IMG/VR virus record: IMGVR_UViG_2706795930_000001 | Coordinates: 28,581 to 92,580 of that record | Reading direction: 5' to 3' (one strand) | Source of the DNA: a virus | Lineage: Duplodnaviria > Caudoviricetes | DNA length: 64,000 nt | In this document: positions 18,423 through 27,573 of the stretch, piece by piece | Layout of the letters: each line of letters starts with the position of its first letter | How positions within the stretch are numbered: position 1 is the first letter of the stretch | Program-made: the position numbers and the translations under genes | Notes under the pieces: model-generated | Told to the model about the DNA's origin: nothing | Seen by the model: only the letters and a program-made list of their open reading frames with translations | Databases searched by the model: none

Positions 18423-18632
18423 ATGCTGGGGGCGAAGGTCTACCGCGGGCAGCTCGACGAGCCCACGAGCCGCGGCGAGCGGCGGTCCCTCAAGCGGCGG
18501 TGGCGGCGCGTCGAGAGCGCCCAGGCCCGGGACTGGGAGGCCGAATACATCGAGCGGGAGCCTCCGCCATGCCCCTTCGATTCGCCGGCCCTCGACGTAG
18601 ATAACCCCCCTTTCACTTTTTGTACTCATTAG
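18423..18632 (+). CDS. hypothetical basic protein (start uncertain)
   Basis: Arg-rich ORF between attP and int. Confidence 0.35.
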   Translation: MLGAKVYRGQLDEPTSRGERRSLKRRWRRVESAQARDWEAEYIEREPPPCPFDSPALDVDNPPFTFCTH

Positions 18633-18643
18633 GAGACTTACAA

Positions 18644-20029
18644 ATGGACGAGAATGGCAATCGCTCCGAATACGGCACCGGTGGCGTTCGATACCGAGCT
18701 GATCGGGATGTGTGGATCGCGGCGAAATCTGTCGAGGACGGCCGTGGCCGAAAGAAGCGGATCGAGGGCCAGGGCCCGACGAAGACTCAGGCGATCGCTG
18801 AACGTGACAAGAAGATCCGCGACTTCATCCGCGGCAAGCAGAAGACAAAAGGCAAGGGCACTGTCGCCGAGTGGCTAGAGAAGTGGATGAACGAGATCGC
18901 GGTCGACAACGTCCGCCCGACAACACTGAAGAGCTACGCGTCGGCGATCAAGTATCAGATCGTCCCGACCATCGGGCACATGAAGCTGAAGGACCTGGAG
19001 CCGGCCGACGTTCGCTTCATGCGCAAAGAGGTTGTCAACTCGTACCTAGACAAGAAGAAGGGCGTGAAAGGAGTGAAGCCTCGCGACGAGGGGACCGGTG
19101 CTCGCCGAGCGCGCTACGCGCAGGTGGTGTTGAGCAAGGCCCTCGCCGACGCGGTGACTGAAGAGATCCTCGACCGCAACGTGGCGGACAGCGCGTACGT
19201 GAAGAAGACCGCGGTGGTGGCCAAGCCGCAGAAGGCTCTGAATGCCGAGCAGGCGAAGCATCTGCTCCGCACTTCAATCGAGAACCGTGACCGGTACGCA
19301 TCGCGTTGGGCAACCGCTCTCATCACCGGCACGCGCCAAGGAGAGGTTCTCGGACTGACGTGGGACCGCGTGGACTTCACTCGCAAGGAGATCCACTTCA
19401 CCCGCCAGCTTCAGGTGCTAGAGAACGAGCACGGCTGCGGAGAACAGATTGGTGACCGCGTGTACCCGTGTGGCATGAAAGTCCCGCGTGCATGCCCTGA
19501 GCGCAAGTTCAAGGTGACCGAGGAGTGGCGCGACCAGATCGATGTTCTCGAAGGGTCGCTCGCGATGACGCCGACAAAGACGAAGATGTCCGCCCGGGCG
19601 CTGCCGATGCCCGCGCCGCTCGAACAGATCCTACGGGCGCATCAGTTGGATACCGCCGGCGAGCCGAACCCGCACAACCTTGTCTGGCACCAGGAGAACG
19701 GAAAGCCGATTCAACCGCGTGCCGACTACGAGGCGTGGGTAGAAGCGCTCGACAAGGCCGGGCTGGATCGAATCAAGCTCCACTCCACGCGTCACTCAGC
19801 GGCGAGCATCATGAGCGACATGGGTATCGACCGACAGGTGATCATGCAGATCCTCGGGCACACGAATCTGAACACCACGGCCGGTTACGCCGCGGTCGGC
19901 GACAGCTTCCGTCGCGAAGCACTCGGTCGCATGGGCGGCCTGCTGGATTTGTTCAGCGCAGCGCCGCGGGAAGTCGAAGGTGATGTGATCACCGACGACA
20001 GCCGCCAGCAGAACGTCATCGGAGCGTGA
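18644..20029 (+). CDS. int: tyrosine integrase
   Basis: TGTRQGEVLGLTW (R), TKTK (K), HSTRH, LGHTNLNTTAGY catalytic residues; N-terminal arm-binding and SAM-like domains; AGGAGA SD. Confidence 0.95.
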   Translation: MDENGNRSEYGTGGVRYRADRDVWIAAKSVEDGRGRKKRIEGQGPTKTQAIAERDKKIRDFIRGKQKTKGKGTVAEWLEKWMNEIAVDNVRPTTLKSYASAIKYQIVPTIGHMKLKDLEPADVRFMRKEVVNSYLDKKKGVKGVKPRDEGTGARRARYAQVVLSKALADAVTEEILDRNVADSAYVKKTAVVAKPQKALNAEQAKHLLRTSIENRDRYASRWATALITGTRQGEVLGLTWDRVDFTRKEIHFTRQLQVLENEHGCGEQIGDRVYPCGMKVPRACPERKFKVTEEWRDQIDVLEGSLAMTPTKTKMSARALPMPAPLEQILRAHQLDTAGEPNPHNLVWHQENGKPIQPRADYEAWVEALDKAGLDRIKLHSTRHSAASIMSDMGIDRQVIMQILGHTNLNTTAGYAAVGDSFRREALGRMGGLLDLFSAAPREVEGDVITDDSRQQNVIGA

Positions 20030-20783
20030 CGGCGCGATGACGCTTGAACTCTCGGGGGCGCACCTCTCGCCGGCGGATGATGATGGTCATGATGAGCGCG
20101 ATCGCGAGCATCGCACCCACTCCGAACCACAGGTAGCGTCCGGTGAGCTTGAACGCCTCAGGGGGCGGCATCGTGTTGTAGACGAAGCCCAGGGTGATGA
20201 ACTGCTGGCCGACGAGCGTCATGATCCCACCGAAGCAGAAGTAGGCGGCGAGAGTGAGCCGCTCCGGGAGGTTGTCGGTCTTGGTGGTGATGCTCGCGTA
20301 GATGAAGAAGATGCCGGCCATCACGCCGTAGATCCCGAGGGTGACGAAGTAGAGGTTGAGTGCGGCGTCGGATGGAACGAGCCGGTAACTGGGGATCTGT
20401 CGATTGCTCGCAATCGGCGAGATCGCGTAGCAGAGGCTCATCAACCCGATGCCGGCCGCGCCGGACGCAATGATGGACGTGAGCAGATCCTCGCGGTCGA
20501 GGGAGACAGCTACGTGACAGAGCAGCAGGATGCACATCGCGACCGAAATGAGGTCGGACAGCAACTCGGGGAGGTTGGGAAGTCCAGTGAGGGACTGCAA
20601 GGCGGGATCGAGAATGCCTTCGCCGAGTCCGGGACTGAGAAGGATCGAAATGATCGGCACCGTGAATGCCACGGCGGTCATATACCAGGTAGTCCGGTCG
20701 CGCCAGTAGAGCACGGCGCGGGTCGTAGCGATCGTGATCAGAGCCAACAGCACGACCCAGCGAACTGGGTCCTCAGGATTCAA
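20016..20783 (-). CDS. multi-pass (about 7 TM) membrane protein
   Basis: Hydrophobicity; TTGA overlap with upstream HTH gene. Confidence 0.75.
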   Translation of the reverse strand: MNPEDPVRWVVLLALITIATTRAVLYWRDRTTWYMTAVAFTVPIISILLSPGLGEGILDPALQSLTGLPNLPELLSDLISVAMCILLLCHVAVSLDREDLLTSIIASGAAGIGLMSLCYAISPIASNRQIPSYRLVPSDAALNLYFVTLGIYGVMAGIFFIYASITTKTDNLPERLTLAAYFCFGGIMTLVGQQFITLGFVYNTMPPPEAFKLTGRYLWFGVGAMLAIALIMTIIIRRREVRPREFKRHRAVTLR

Positions 20784-21145
20784 CTCAAGAACCTCTTTCC
20801 TCGTGACCTCTTACGTCCGGCCGGCTGCTCACCTCGCTCTCGGTCTACAGCGCGGGCAGTCAGCTCCCTGAGCAATGCAACGTCAGGCAGGGATTCAATA
20901 GGCTGTTCATTCACCCCCGCAGTAGCAACTACGTCGTCCATCTCAAGGTGCCCGAGCTCGATGAGCATGAAGCACCGAGAGACATGGAAGTAGTCACACA
21001 TCACCAGGACCTCTTCGATCCTGAATCCCTCCCGGCCGGTGATCCTGCGCGAGATCGTCGAGACGTGAACATCCAACGCGTCGGCGATCTCGTTGCGGGT
21101 GACCTCCCGGCCCAGCGATCTAGCAAACACTTCTAGGGATTGCAT
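20780..21145 (-). CDS. HTH transcriptional regulator (immunity-repressor-like)
   Basis: TRNEIADALDVHVSTISRR HTH; GGAG SD before ATG 21145. Confidence 0.75.
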   Translation of the reverse strand: MQSLEVFARSLGREVTRNEIADALDVHVSTISRRITGREGFRIEEVLVMCDYFHVSRCFMLIELGHLEMDDVVATAGVNEQPIESLPDVALLRELTARAVDRERGEQPAGRKRSRGKRFLS

Positions 21146-21388
21146 CGCACCACTCCAATCCATCGTTACATGTGGGTTAAATCTGGAACTCGCCCCACCG
21201 GGGCTGTGCGCAAAATCTGTGACCAGATGTGCACACCTGCACCCGCGAAGGCGCTCCATTATTGCAGGTCAGTGCCACATCTTGACACTCGGGTTAACGC
21301 AGTGTTCACTCTGTGTGCGGACCTGCACACCCCCGGCAGGTCGTGCGAGCCCCCTCGCTTGAGCCTTGCCAGAAAGAAGCACAGTTCG

Positions 21389-21604
21389 ATGTCGATCCAC
21401 CCCCATCTCGCGCCAGAGACCCCCGTCACCACGCTGGGCGAGCCCATCCTGCAGAGCACAGAAAACGTAGACGGCGAACTCCTCTTCGTGTTGGAGGTTG
21501 GAGACTTGCTTATCGACATGGATCGTCCCCAGGCCGAATTGCTGTGGTCGCAGATGGGCGCCCTACTCGGCCTTGCGCCGACAGCCGCTCCCGAGGCGGC
21601 CTAG
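21389..21604 (+). CDS. hypothetical protein divergent from HTH gene
   Basis: ATG after AGAAAGAAG; 71 aa. Confidence 0.55.
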   Translation: MSIHPHLAPETPVTTLGEPILQSTENVDGELLFVLEVGDLLIDMDRPQAELLWSQMGALLGLAPTAAPEAA

Positions 21605-21620
21605 TAGCGCACACTACAAA

Positions 21621-21678
21621 GCCGGCGGCCAGTTCTGAACCATCCCCGCTTATCGGAGAGTCGGAACCGGCCGCCGGC
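21621..21678. terminator. long hairpin between convergent transcription units
   Basis: GCCGGCGGCC-AGTTCTGA / TCGGAACC-GGCCGCCGGC. Confidence 0.6.
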
Positions 21679-21710
21679 CTATTGTGCAGGAAGCTGATGT
21701 TAGTTACTTG

Positions 21711-22292
21711 TCAGGACACTGTGTCTTGGCCCGCATTTGCTGCATCCTCGATGGCCTCAAGCTCTTCAAGGAGTGCGCGCTGAGCCTTGAGTCGGGACTT
21801 GCCCAAGGCGAAGAGTCCGGTGGGAGTGTGCGTAGCGCGGAACTTCGTTCGATCCTCTTCGTCCTTCGCAATGACTATGTCATCAGGATCGACATAGTCG
21901 ACCGCGTCGAGAGAAGGCCATGTTCCATCCTCGTTGCGGGTGATGTAGACACCTTGGTCATACTCGCTCACCCGACCACCCATGCCGGCCGATGGAATCC
22001 AGCGAACAACCTCGTGCTCGGGAAGGCGTCGGTAGCCGGCGTCCCAAAGGGCATCAGCAAGCCGAAGCCACCCGCCATCGGCGAGAAATACTTCAAGGCT
22101 CGGCAAGCGGCCACGCGCAGGTGCCCGCATGTTCTTGAGGCGCTCGTAGAAGAACTCGCGCCCTTCGACCGGCTGAAGAAACGACCCGCCGTCGATGGCC
22201 TCGGACTTCGCTTTGGCGATCTTCTCCGCGGCGTTGAACTCGATCCTTTTCACCACGCGGCGGTTGGGGTGGCCTTCTACTGGATCGGTCAT
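21711..22292 (-). CDS. hypothetical protein (possibly DUF2744/gp29-like)
   Basis: LADALWDAGYRR...VRWIP resembles that family; not verified. Confidence 0.55.
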   Translation of the reverse strand: MTDPVEGHPNRRVVKRIEFNAAEKIAKAKSEAIDGGSFLQPVEGREFFYERLKNMRAPARGRLPSLEVFLADGGWLRLADALWDAGYRRLPEHEVVRWIPSAGMGGRVSEYDQGVYITRNEDGTWPSLDAVDYVDPDDIVIAKDEEDRTKFRATHTPTGLFALGKSRLKAQRALLEELEAIEDAANAGQDTVS

Positions 22293-22546
22293 CGCCTGCC
22301 TCGGCGCGTTTCCATGGCCCGGTTCACTTGGCGACGCTGCATTGCCTTGAATCGTGCTTCAGCCTCGTCGCGGACCGTGATGTCCACGAGGGTAACCGGG
22401 GCACCGGGAGGGTTCTCACTGCCCCGCACCTCACCGAGGACGTGGCGCTGAGGGAAGCGGAGCGCCTCTTCGATCTGCCCGAGCCTCTCGGCGACAACCG
22501 TCAGGAGCGCCAGCACTTCCCGCTGAAACTCGACATCGGCACCCAT
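22289..22546 (-). CDS. hypothetical protein
   Basis: Coupled overlaps. Confidence 0.6.
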   Translation of the reverse strand: MGADVEFQREVLALLTVVAERLGQIEEALRFPQRHVLGEVRGSENPPGAPVTLVDITVRDEAEARFKAMQRRQVNRAMETRRGRR

Positions 22547-22917
22547 CAGTAGATCTCCAGGGTGGTCAGTGAGACGCCTTGCTGAAGCTCTTCAGCGAGA
22601 CGGTTCCCCCGCTGGAGTGCGGCCTCCTGTGTCGTGAATGCCTCACACGGAGTTCCGCCGATGGAGAGGATGTGAACCTTCGGGGAGTCGTAGCTCACCG
22701 GAGTGGACGCGTCGACGGCCTTGTCCATCTCGCGGGAGGCGGACATGATGTCGGCAATGGCCTCGTCGACCGTCCGAGCCCGCGGCTCGACCGGGCCAAG
22801 CAGTATGTCGAGATCGTCCAGGCTATAGGCCGGTGCATGGGTGCCCGGCTGCCGGAAGTAGCCGTCTGGCCACTCCTCCCAGACGCCCCCGAGGCTGTCA
22901 TCGACAGTGAACGGCAT
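22546..22917 (-). CDS. hypothetical protein
   Basis: SD AGAAAGG. Confidence 0.6.
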   Translation of the reverse strand: MPFTVDDSLGGVWEEWPDGYFRQPGTHAPAYSLDDLDILLGPVEPRARTVDEAIADIMSASREMDKAVDASTPVSYDSPKVHILSIGGTPCEAFTTQEAALQRGNRLAEELQQGVSLTTLEIY

Positions 22918-23548
22918 CGCGCTCGCCTTTCTGAAGAAATGGGTTGGCGCCGATGAGGGGCGGCGCGAGCTGAAGGAATGGTTCGCGGCCGTCGAGCCCG
23001 CACGAACTGACGCTGGCCGCCGTCGCCTGAATGCAGTCGATGAGCACCCGGGCCGGCGACACTGTTGGTCGGATCACCCCGGTTGTGGCGTAGAGGAATC
23101 CGAGTGCGAAATCGTCACCGCTGCCGATCGCGGCGTATTGGCGGTTGGGCTCCATGGCCCCGTGGTCGAGGAGGACGAAGATCCGGCTGCCGACAACCAT
23201 CAGGAACTCGCCGTTGATGCCGCTGCTTTCGCCCTCGTACGTCATCATGGGCGGGTTCGTCGTTGCCATGATCGTCTCGGTCACCAGCTGGCCGACGCTT
23301 TCGGCCCACTCGATGGTGGGTTCGCCGTCGTCGGGCAGCGCGGGCAAGACCATTCCGGACAGCCTTGCCGATATGGATGCCTCGCCGGCGATTCCAAGCA
23401 GCGCGGGCGTCTCGCTGCCGAAGATCGGGAACTCGCGGACCTTCGGCGTGCGGTCATAGAACACCACGTCGGTCTCTTCGTATGAGCATGCCCAGTCCGC
23501 GGCGATGTACGCCTTCCGGCCGTCGGTGTAGGCGGCGATGATTGTCAC
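22898..23548 (-). CDS. Ntn-hydrolase, HslV/proteasome beta-subunit-like peptidase
   Basis: N-terminal (M)TIIAA...IAAD, K in RTPKV, GIAG, AAIGSGDDFALGFL. Confidence 0.75.
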   Translation of the reverse strand: MTIIAAYTDGRKAYIAADWACSYEETDVVFYDRTPKVREFPIFGSETPALLGIAGEASISARLSGMVLPALPDDGEPTIEWAESVGQLVTETIMATTNPPMMTYEGESSGINGEFLMVVGSRIFVLLDHGAMEPNRQYAAIGSGDDFALGFLYATTGVIRPTVSPARVLIDCIQATAASVSSCGLDGREPFLQLAPPLIGANPFLQKGERDAVHCR

Positions 23549-23910
23549 CAGAGGTCCTCTTCCATGGTGCGAAGCCGGCGGATCAGTCGGAGGTAGTCGT
23601 CGAGGTGCAGCACGGCGAGGTGGAGCGCCGGCCGCCCGCCGACGCCGCGGCGCTTGACAACCAGGGCCGCGGTCTCGGCTTGCGCTCGGTCCTTCTGGTC
23701 AGCGAGGCCGTCGAGGAACTCGCGCCAGTTCGGGCTGGCGACGTCTTTGGTCTGCAGGATGTCCAGGGCCGCCCTCTGGAGATGGATGTCGCCCTGGTCC
23801 TCGACGCGACCAGGCCGGGTCCGACGGGCTTCGTCGAACCCGGCCTCGATCGCTACGGCAAGGACGTCACGTTCATAACGATCCCCCTTGGCCTTGTTGG
23901 GGTTGGCCAT
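23545..23910 (-). CDS. Holliday junction resolvase (PD-(D/E)XK)
   Basis: ANPNKAKGDRYERDV...DQGDI...QTK. Confidence 0.8.
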   Translation of the reverse strand: MANPNKAKGDRYERDVLAVAIEAGFDEARRTRPGRVEDQGDIHLQRAALDILQTKDVASPNWREFLDGLADQKDRAQAETAALVVKRRGVGGRPALHLAVLHLDDYLRLIRRLRTMEEDLW

Positions 23911-24221
23911 CAGAACGCTTGCGACGGCGGGAGGCGCCAACCCTCTGGTCGCCAGTCGTCGCTGGGCCCGATCCAGTTCGGTGCGTCCACGGCGGGCGAC
24001 TCGGGCACGACCATCCAGTAGGCGCCTCGATCGGCGTCATGGAGAATCTTCGCGAGGACCTCCGGTTTCGGAAAGCCATCGGGGATTCGCGTGTAGCGGT
24101 ACGGCCGGCCGGCGGACAGATCCTCGTCCCGCGTCGCGAGCACGTGCCGAACGAAGTCCCGGAAGATCAGGACGCCTGGGTCGACGACCTCGTCGGGAAC
24201 GCCGGTCTTGAAGACGTTCAC
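23910..24221 (-). CDS. hypothetical protein
   Basis: GTGA/TGATG overlaps. Confidence 0.55.
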   Translation of the reverse strand: MNVFKTGVPDEVVDPGVLIFRDFVRHVLATRDEDLSAGRPYRYTRIPDGFPKPEVLAKILHDADRGAYWMVVPESPAVDAPNWIGPSDDWRPEGWRLPPSQAF

Positions 24222-24652
24222 TTCCGGAGCTCCGCGATCTTCTCGGCCACCGCGCACCAGTCGCCGCCGCGCCTGGCTTCGGCGTACGCCGGGATCTCCT
24301 TCGGGTATCCGCCCGGGGCGACGATCTTGGCCTCGAAGATGTTGGCCATGCGCCGGTTGTAGTCGGTGCGGATGTTGAAGTACGTCGCGGCGTAGGCGAG
24401 CGCGGGGTCCTCGACGAGGAGCGGACCACCGTTGCCGGAGTTCGTCTGCCCGGCTGCGCACGCGTTGTTCGCGGCGTCCTGCAATGCGCTGAACCGCTCG
24501 TGGATCTGCGTGTGCTGCATCTCGACGTTGTCGGCGCCGACGACCTGGCCCGCCTTGTCGGCGTATCCGCCGATGATGCCGCAGCCGATCACGAGGGGGA
24601 GGAGGCCCGCCGCACCGATGGATGCGACGGCGACCTTAACGCGGTTCTTCAC
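24218..24652 (-). CDS. putative lipoprotein/secreted protein
   Basis: Basic N-terminus, hydrophobic stretch, LVIGC. Confidence 0.65.
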   Translation of the reverse strand: MKNRVKVAVASIGAAGLLPLVIGCGIIGGYADKAGQVVGADNVEMQHTQIHERFSALQDAANNACAAGQTNSGNGGPLLVEDPALAYAATYFNIRTDYNRRMANIFEAKIVAPGGYPKEIPAYAEARRGGDWCAVAEKIAELRK

Positions 24653-24891
24653 TGGCTCTCCTGGTTCCTGGCGATGGCGGCGTTGCCCCAGAACATCGCC
24701 TCTTCGAGATGAGTAATGGCGAGGGACTTCTCGCGGCCGGGCGGCACGTTCGCGTCGATGAAGTGCGCGACGTGCTTGAGTGTTTCGCGAATGCTCGCGT
24801 GGTCGTTGCGCTTCTCGATCGTGGTGGCCGGGTGGAAGTCGAACCGATGATCGATGTCCTTGGTGCTCACCGAGCTGGCGAAGGTGCTCAT
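24649..24891 (-). CDS. Acb2/Tad1-like helical-hairpin protein (putative immune-signal sponge)
   Basis: RFDFHP...PPGREKSLAITHLEEAMFWGNAAIAR. Confidence 0.65.
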   Translation of the reverse strand: MSTFASSVSTKDIDHRFDFHPATTIEKRNDHASIRETLKHVAHFIDANVPPGREKSLAITHLEEAMFWGNAAIARNQESQ

Positions 24892-25508
24892 CGAGGCGTT
24901 GCCCCTTCGAGGATCTTCTGAGCACCGTCGACGTCACCCTTGGCGAGCGCTTCCTGTGCGCGCTTCTGGGCGTCGGCGAGGCCCGGGTCGACCGACAGTG
25001 AGATCTCGGTCTTCTCGCGTTGGAACTTGGTCGGCTGGGTCGTGCAGAAGGTCTCCAGGCCGAAGAAGTCGACGTACTCACCGCCCGGGGTGAAGCCGTA
25101 CCGGTACGGCGGCGGGGAACCGTGGTACATGCCGTCGACGGAGCGCGACTCAGCGGTCCAGGGATCGGTGTTGCGGTCGAGGCGCTCCTGGCCGCGGAAG
25201 TAGCTCACCGACGAGCTGGTCAGCTTGCCGCGGATGGGCACAGTGAACAGCGGCGAGCTGTCGTTGGGGAACGAGGCGGAGCACCAGATGATGGTGTTGG
25301 GGCTGTCGTACAGCTCCTGCGCCTGGTTGTAGTTGTTGAACTCGACGTTGTTCTTGGGGATGTAGGCCCCACCGCGCTGGTCGACCTGCTTGTTGACCTT
25401 GTCCTGGTCGGACTGCACGGCTGGGTCACTCGCGCCGGCGCAGGCAGTCATGGTGCCGGCGAGTCCGAGGGCCATCACGCTTGCGATGACCTTGTGCTTC
25501 AACTTCAC
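24888..25508 (-). CDS. lipoprotein
   Basis: Lipobox MTAC after signal peptide. Confidence 0.75.
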   Translation of the reverse strand: MKLKHKVIASVMALGLAGTMTACAGASDPAVQSDQDKVNKQVDQRGGAYIPKNNVEFNNYNQAQELYDSPNTIIWCSASFPNDSSPLFTVPIRGKLTSSSVSYFRGQERLDRNTDPWTAESRSVDGMYHGSPPPYRYGFTPGGEYVDFFGLETFCTTQPTKFQREKTEISLSVDPGLADAQKRAQEALAKGDVDGAQKILEGATPR

Positions 25509-25518
25509 TCAGATCTCC

Positions 25519-26040
25519 TTATCTGATAACCACGTGGGTTCTGGGCGACAGGACGATCGTCTTCAATCCATGCGGGGTGTTGATGACGATGTGCATGTCG
25601 ACGTACTTGCGATGCCCAGCGCTTGGTCGAATCCGCGGGCGGGCTTCGTGAATCACTCCACCGATCTGGCCGACGCGAATCGTCTTGCCGAGGTGCGACT
25701 CGTTGAGTTCGCCGGCGGTCATGTCGGCGGTGTCCTCGGGTGGACCTTCATCTGGGGCGTCTCCCTCTGCGATTGCGCGGACCCGTTGGAGTGCGCGCTG
25801 ATACGAGTTCTCGGATGTGTCTTCGCCGAGTGAAACCCCGGCGATGACAACTCCGATCGGGAGATCGTTGAAGCTCAATGCGTATGCGGCGCAGGGCTGG
25901 TGCATGGCGCAGGGCGCGCACAGCTTCCTCGCGTAGTTCTGCATCGGGCCCCGGCGAGAGTCGGTGAACCAGCGGTTTCGATCCTCGGCGTCCCGACAGA
26001 ACGCTCTGGTCATCCAGTCGGGGTCGTGTGGCTTCGGCAT
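25519..26040 (-). CDS. whiB: WhiB-family transcription factor with C-terminal extension
   Basis: WMTRAFC...WF...ARKLCAPCAMHQPCAAYAL...GVVIAG. Confidence 0.85.
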   Translation of the reverse strand: MPKPHDPDWMTRAFCRDAEDRNRWFTDSRRGPMQNYARKLCAPCAMHQPCAAYALSFNDLPIGVVIAGVSLGEDTSENSYQRALQRVRAIAEGDAPDEGPPEDTADMTAGELNESHLGKTIRVGQIGGVIHEARPRIRPSAGHRKYVDMHIVINTPHGLKTIVLSPRTHVVIR

Positions 26041-26059
26041 CGTGCGTTCAGCCTATCTC

Positions 26060-26074
26060 ATGAGACACGCAACG
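26060..26074 (-). promoter_or_regulatory. 14-bp operator motif upstream of whiB
   Basis: TGAGACACGCAACG on + strand. Confidence 0.7.
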
Positions 26075-26111
26075 CACCGGATCTTGGGAACCGGTGCGCT
26101 GCGTAGTTGTC

Positions 26112-26537
26112 TCAGAAGTCCCAGGGGTCACTGACGACCGTCTGGGTCTGCGCGATGGCGTCCTCATGCTCGATGTCGATGACCAGCGGCGGCCCGGCGG
26201 CGCCCTCGAACAGCGACCGAGACTCCACGACCTTCGCGTTGATCCACAACGTGATCCGGCCGCCCTTGCGCGACTTCGCCGACGACCGGAGGTCTCCGAT
26301 GCGACGGATGCGGCCTTCCGCGTTGAGCTGGGCGAACTTCTGGCCGATGGCGTTGCGGCCGGCGGCCGGGACCATGTCGTGCACGTCGTCGGCCGAGAAC
26401 GGGTAGCCGTAGCCGATGAGCGACTCCAGTGCGGCGTCGAGGGTCTTCGGCCGGAGCTTGAGCGTGGGATCGATCCAGACGCTCTTGTTCTCTGGCTGGT
26501 ACTCGATCTTGTCCGGGGCGGTGAGGGTGGCGGTCAC
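26112..26537 (-). CDS. hypothetical (winged-helix-like) protein
   Basis: FSADDVH...NAIGQKFAQLNAEGRIRRIG...SRKGGRITLW. Confidence 0.65.
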   Translation of the reverse strand: MTATLTAPDKIEYQPENKSVWIDPTLKLRPKTLDAALESLIGYGYPFSADDVHDMVPAAGRNAIGQKFAQLNAEGRIRRIGDLRSSAKSRKGGRITLWINAKVVESRSLFEGAAGPPLVIDIEHEDAIAQTQTVVSDPWDF

Positions 26538-26827
26538 TGTTCGGCCTTTCGGTCTTGTGCTTCAATCTCCGTGAGTTCGGTGGCGAAGTCCTTGAGCAGC
26601 TTGCGAGCGTGCGCATGCGCATCGACCAGCCGCTGGCGAGCACGTTCGACCCGGACCTGCTCGATGCGAACGCGGGCGTGCGCCTGGGTGAGGTCGGCGC
26701 CGGCTTCGCCGAGCTCGGCCGCGGCCTCGTCAATGTCGATCTTCGCGTGCGCTTGCTGCGATTTCACCCGCTCCAGATGGTCGGGATCGAGGTTCGGCTG
26801 CTTGCGGGCGAGGGGTTTGTCGCTCAT
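26534..26827 (-). CDS. coiled-coil hypothetical protein
   Basis: ORF, overlaps. Confidence 0.6.
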   Translation of the reverse strand: MSDKPLARKQPNLDPDHLERVKSQQAHAKIDIDEAAAELGEAGADLTQAHARVRIEQVRVERARQRLVDAHAHARKLLKDFATELTEIEAQDRKAEQ

Positions 26828-27135
26828 GGGGTTCCTGTTCGGTCAAGGGATGGGGTTTCACGATCCGGAACACAGCACCCGCAGCATCCGTGGACCTTCT
26901 GCCACTCGTTGCCGGTGCGGTCCCAATACGCGAACTGGTCGGGATCTGGATGGCCCACGCCATGGGCGGGGCATAGGCGCTCGAAGATCGCCCGGTCGTC
27001 ACGCCAGTGCAGGGGCCAGAGCCGCATGTGGTGGTCAGACGGGCTATGGATGACGCACCCGCTGGCGCAATCGGGGGCCTCGTCATGGACATTGGCCAAG
27101 GTGATCCACCGGGTTGCGAGTGTCACTTCATTCAC
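26824..27135 (-). CDS. Cys/His-rich conserved actinophage protein
   Basis: CVIHSPSDHHM...ERLCPAHGVGHPDPD...HGCCGCC. Confidence 0.7.
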   Translation of the reverse strand: MNEVTLATRWITLANVHDEAPDCASGCVIHSPSDHHMRLWPLHWRDDRAIFERLCPAHGVGHPDPDQFAYWDRTGNEWQKVHGCCGCCVPDRETPSLDRTGTP

Positions 27136-27304
27136 TGGGGACCTCGATCTTCGAGAAGATGGTTCGCAGAGCCTGCTCGATCTCGTCGCGCATGCCGGTG
27201 GGTAGGTCGACGCCGATGTTCATCCAGGCCCAGGTGTCAATGTCATCGGCGACGTCGGAGGCGTACCTGATCGCGTTCCGCCGGATCTCGACCCGGCGCG
27301 CCAT
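27128..27304 (-). CDS. hypothetical protein
   Basis: Gap-filling coupled ORF. Confidence 0.5.
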   Translation of the reverse strand: MARRVEIRRNAIRYASDVADDIDTWAWMNIGVDLPTGMRDEIEQALRTIFSKIEVPSE

Positions 27305-27306
27305 GT

Positions 27307-27573
27307 TCACGGGCGCTCCATTCGTTCCCAGGCTGCCGGCTCGTCGAGGAGCCGCTTCTGCTCGCCCTGGATCGCGAGGAGTCCTTGCATGAGCGCGGCG
27401 GCCGCGGGATTGCCCTGCCGCGCTTGCTGACCGGCGAGACCCATCATCTTGTTGAAAGCGATGGTCACCGCCAGGTACCGCTCGCGGACCTGTGCGTCGG
27501 AGAGGGCGTCCGTGCGGGAGTGGATGTTCGCGAGGATGTCTGCGCGGATCTCGACCTGGGCGAGGGTAGACAT
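27307..27573 (-). CDS. hypothetical protein
   Basis: TGATG overlap. Confidence 0.6.
   Translation of the reverse strand: MSTLAQVEIRADILANIHSRTDALSDAQVRERYLAVTIAFNKMMGLAGQQARQGNPAAAALMQGLLAIQGEQKRLLDEPAAWERMERP

Noticed and set aside
19990-21145. Integration-dependent immunity system (attP inside the repressor gene)
   Set aside because: Putative attP lies upstream of int, about 2.5 kb from the HTH gene, and the HTH has no ssrA-like tail
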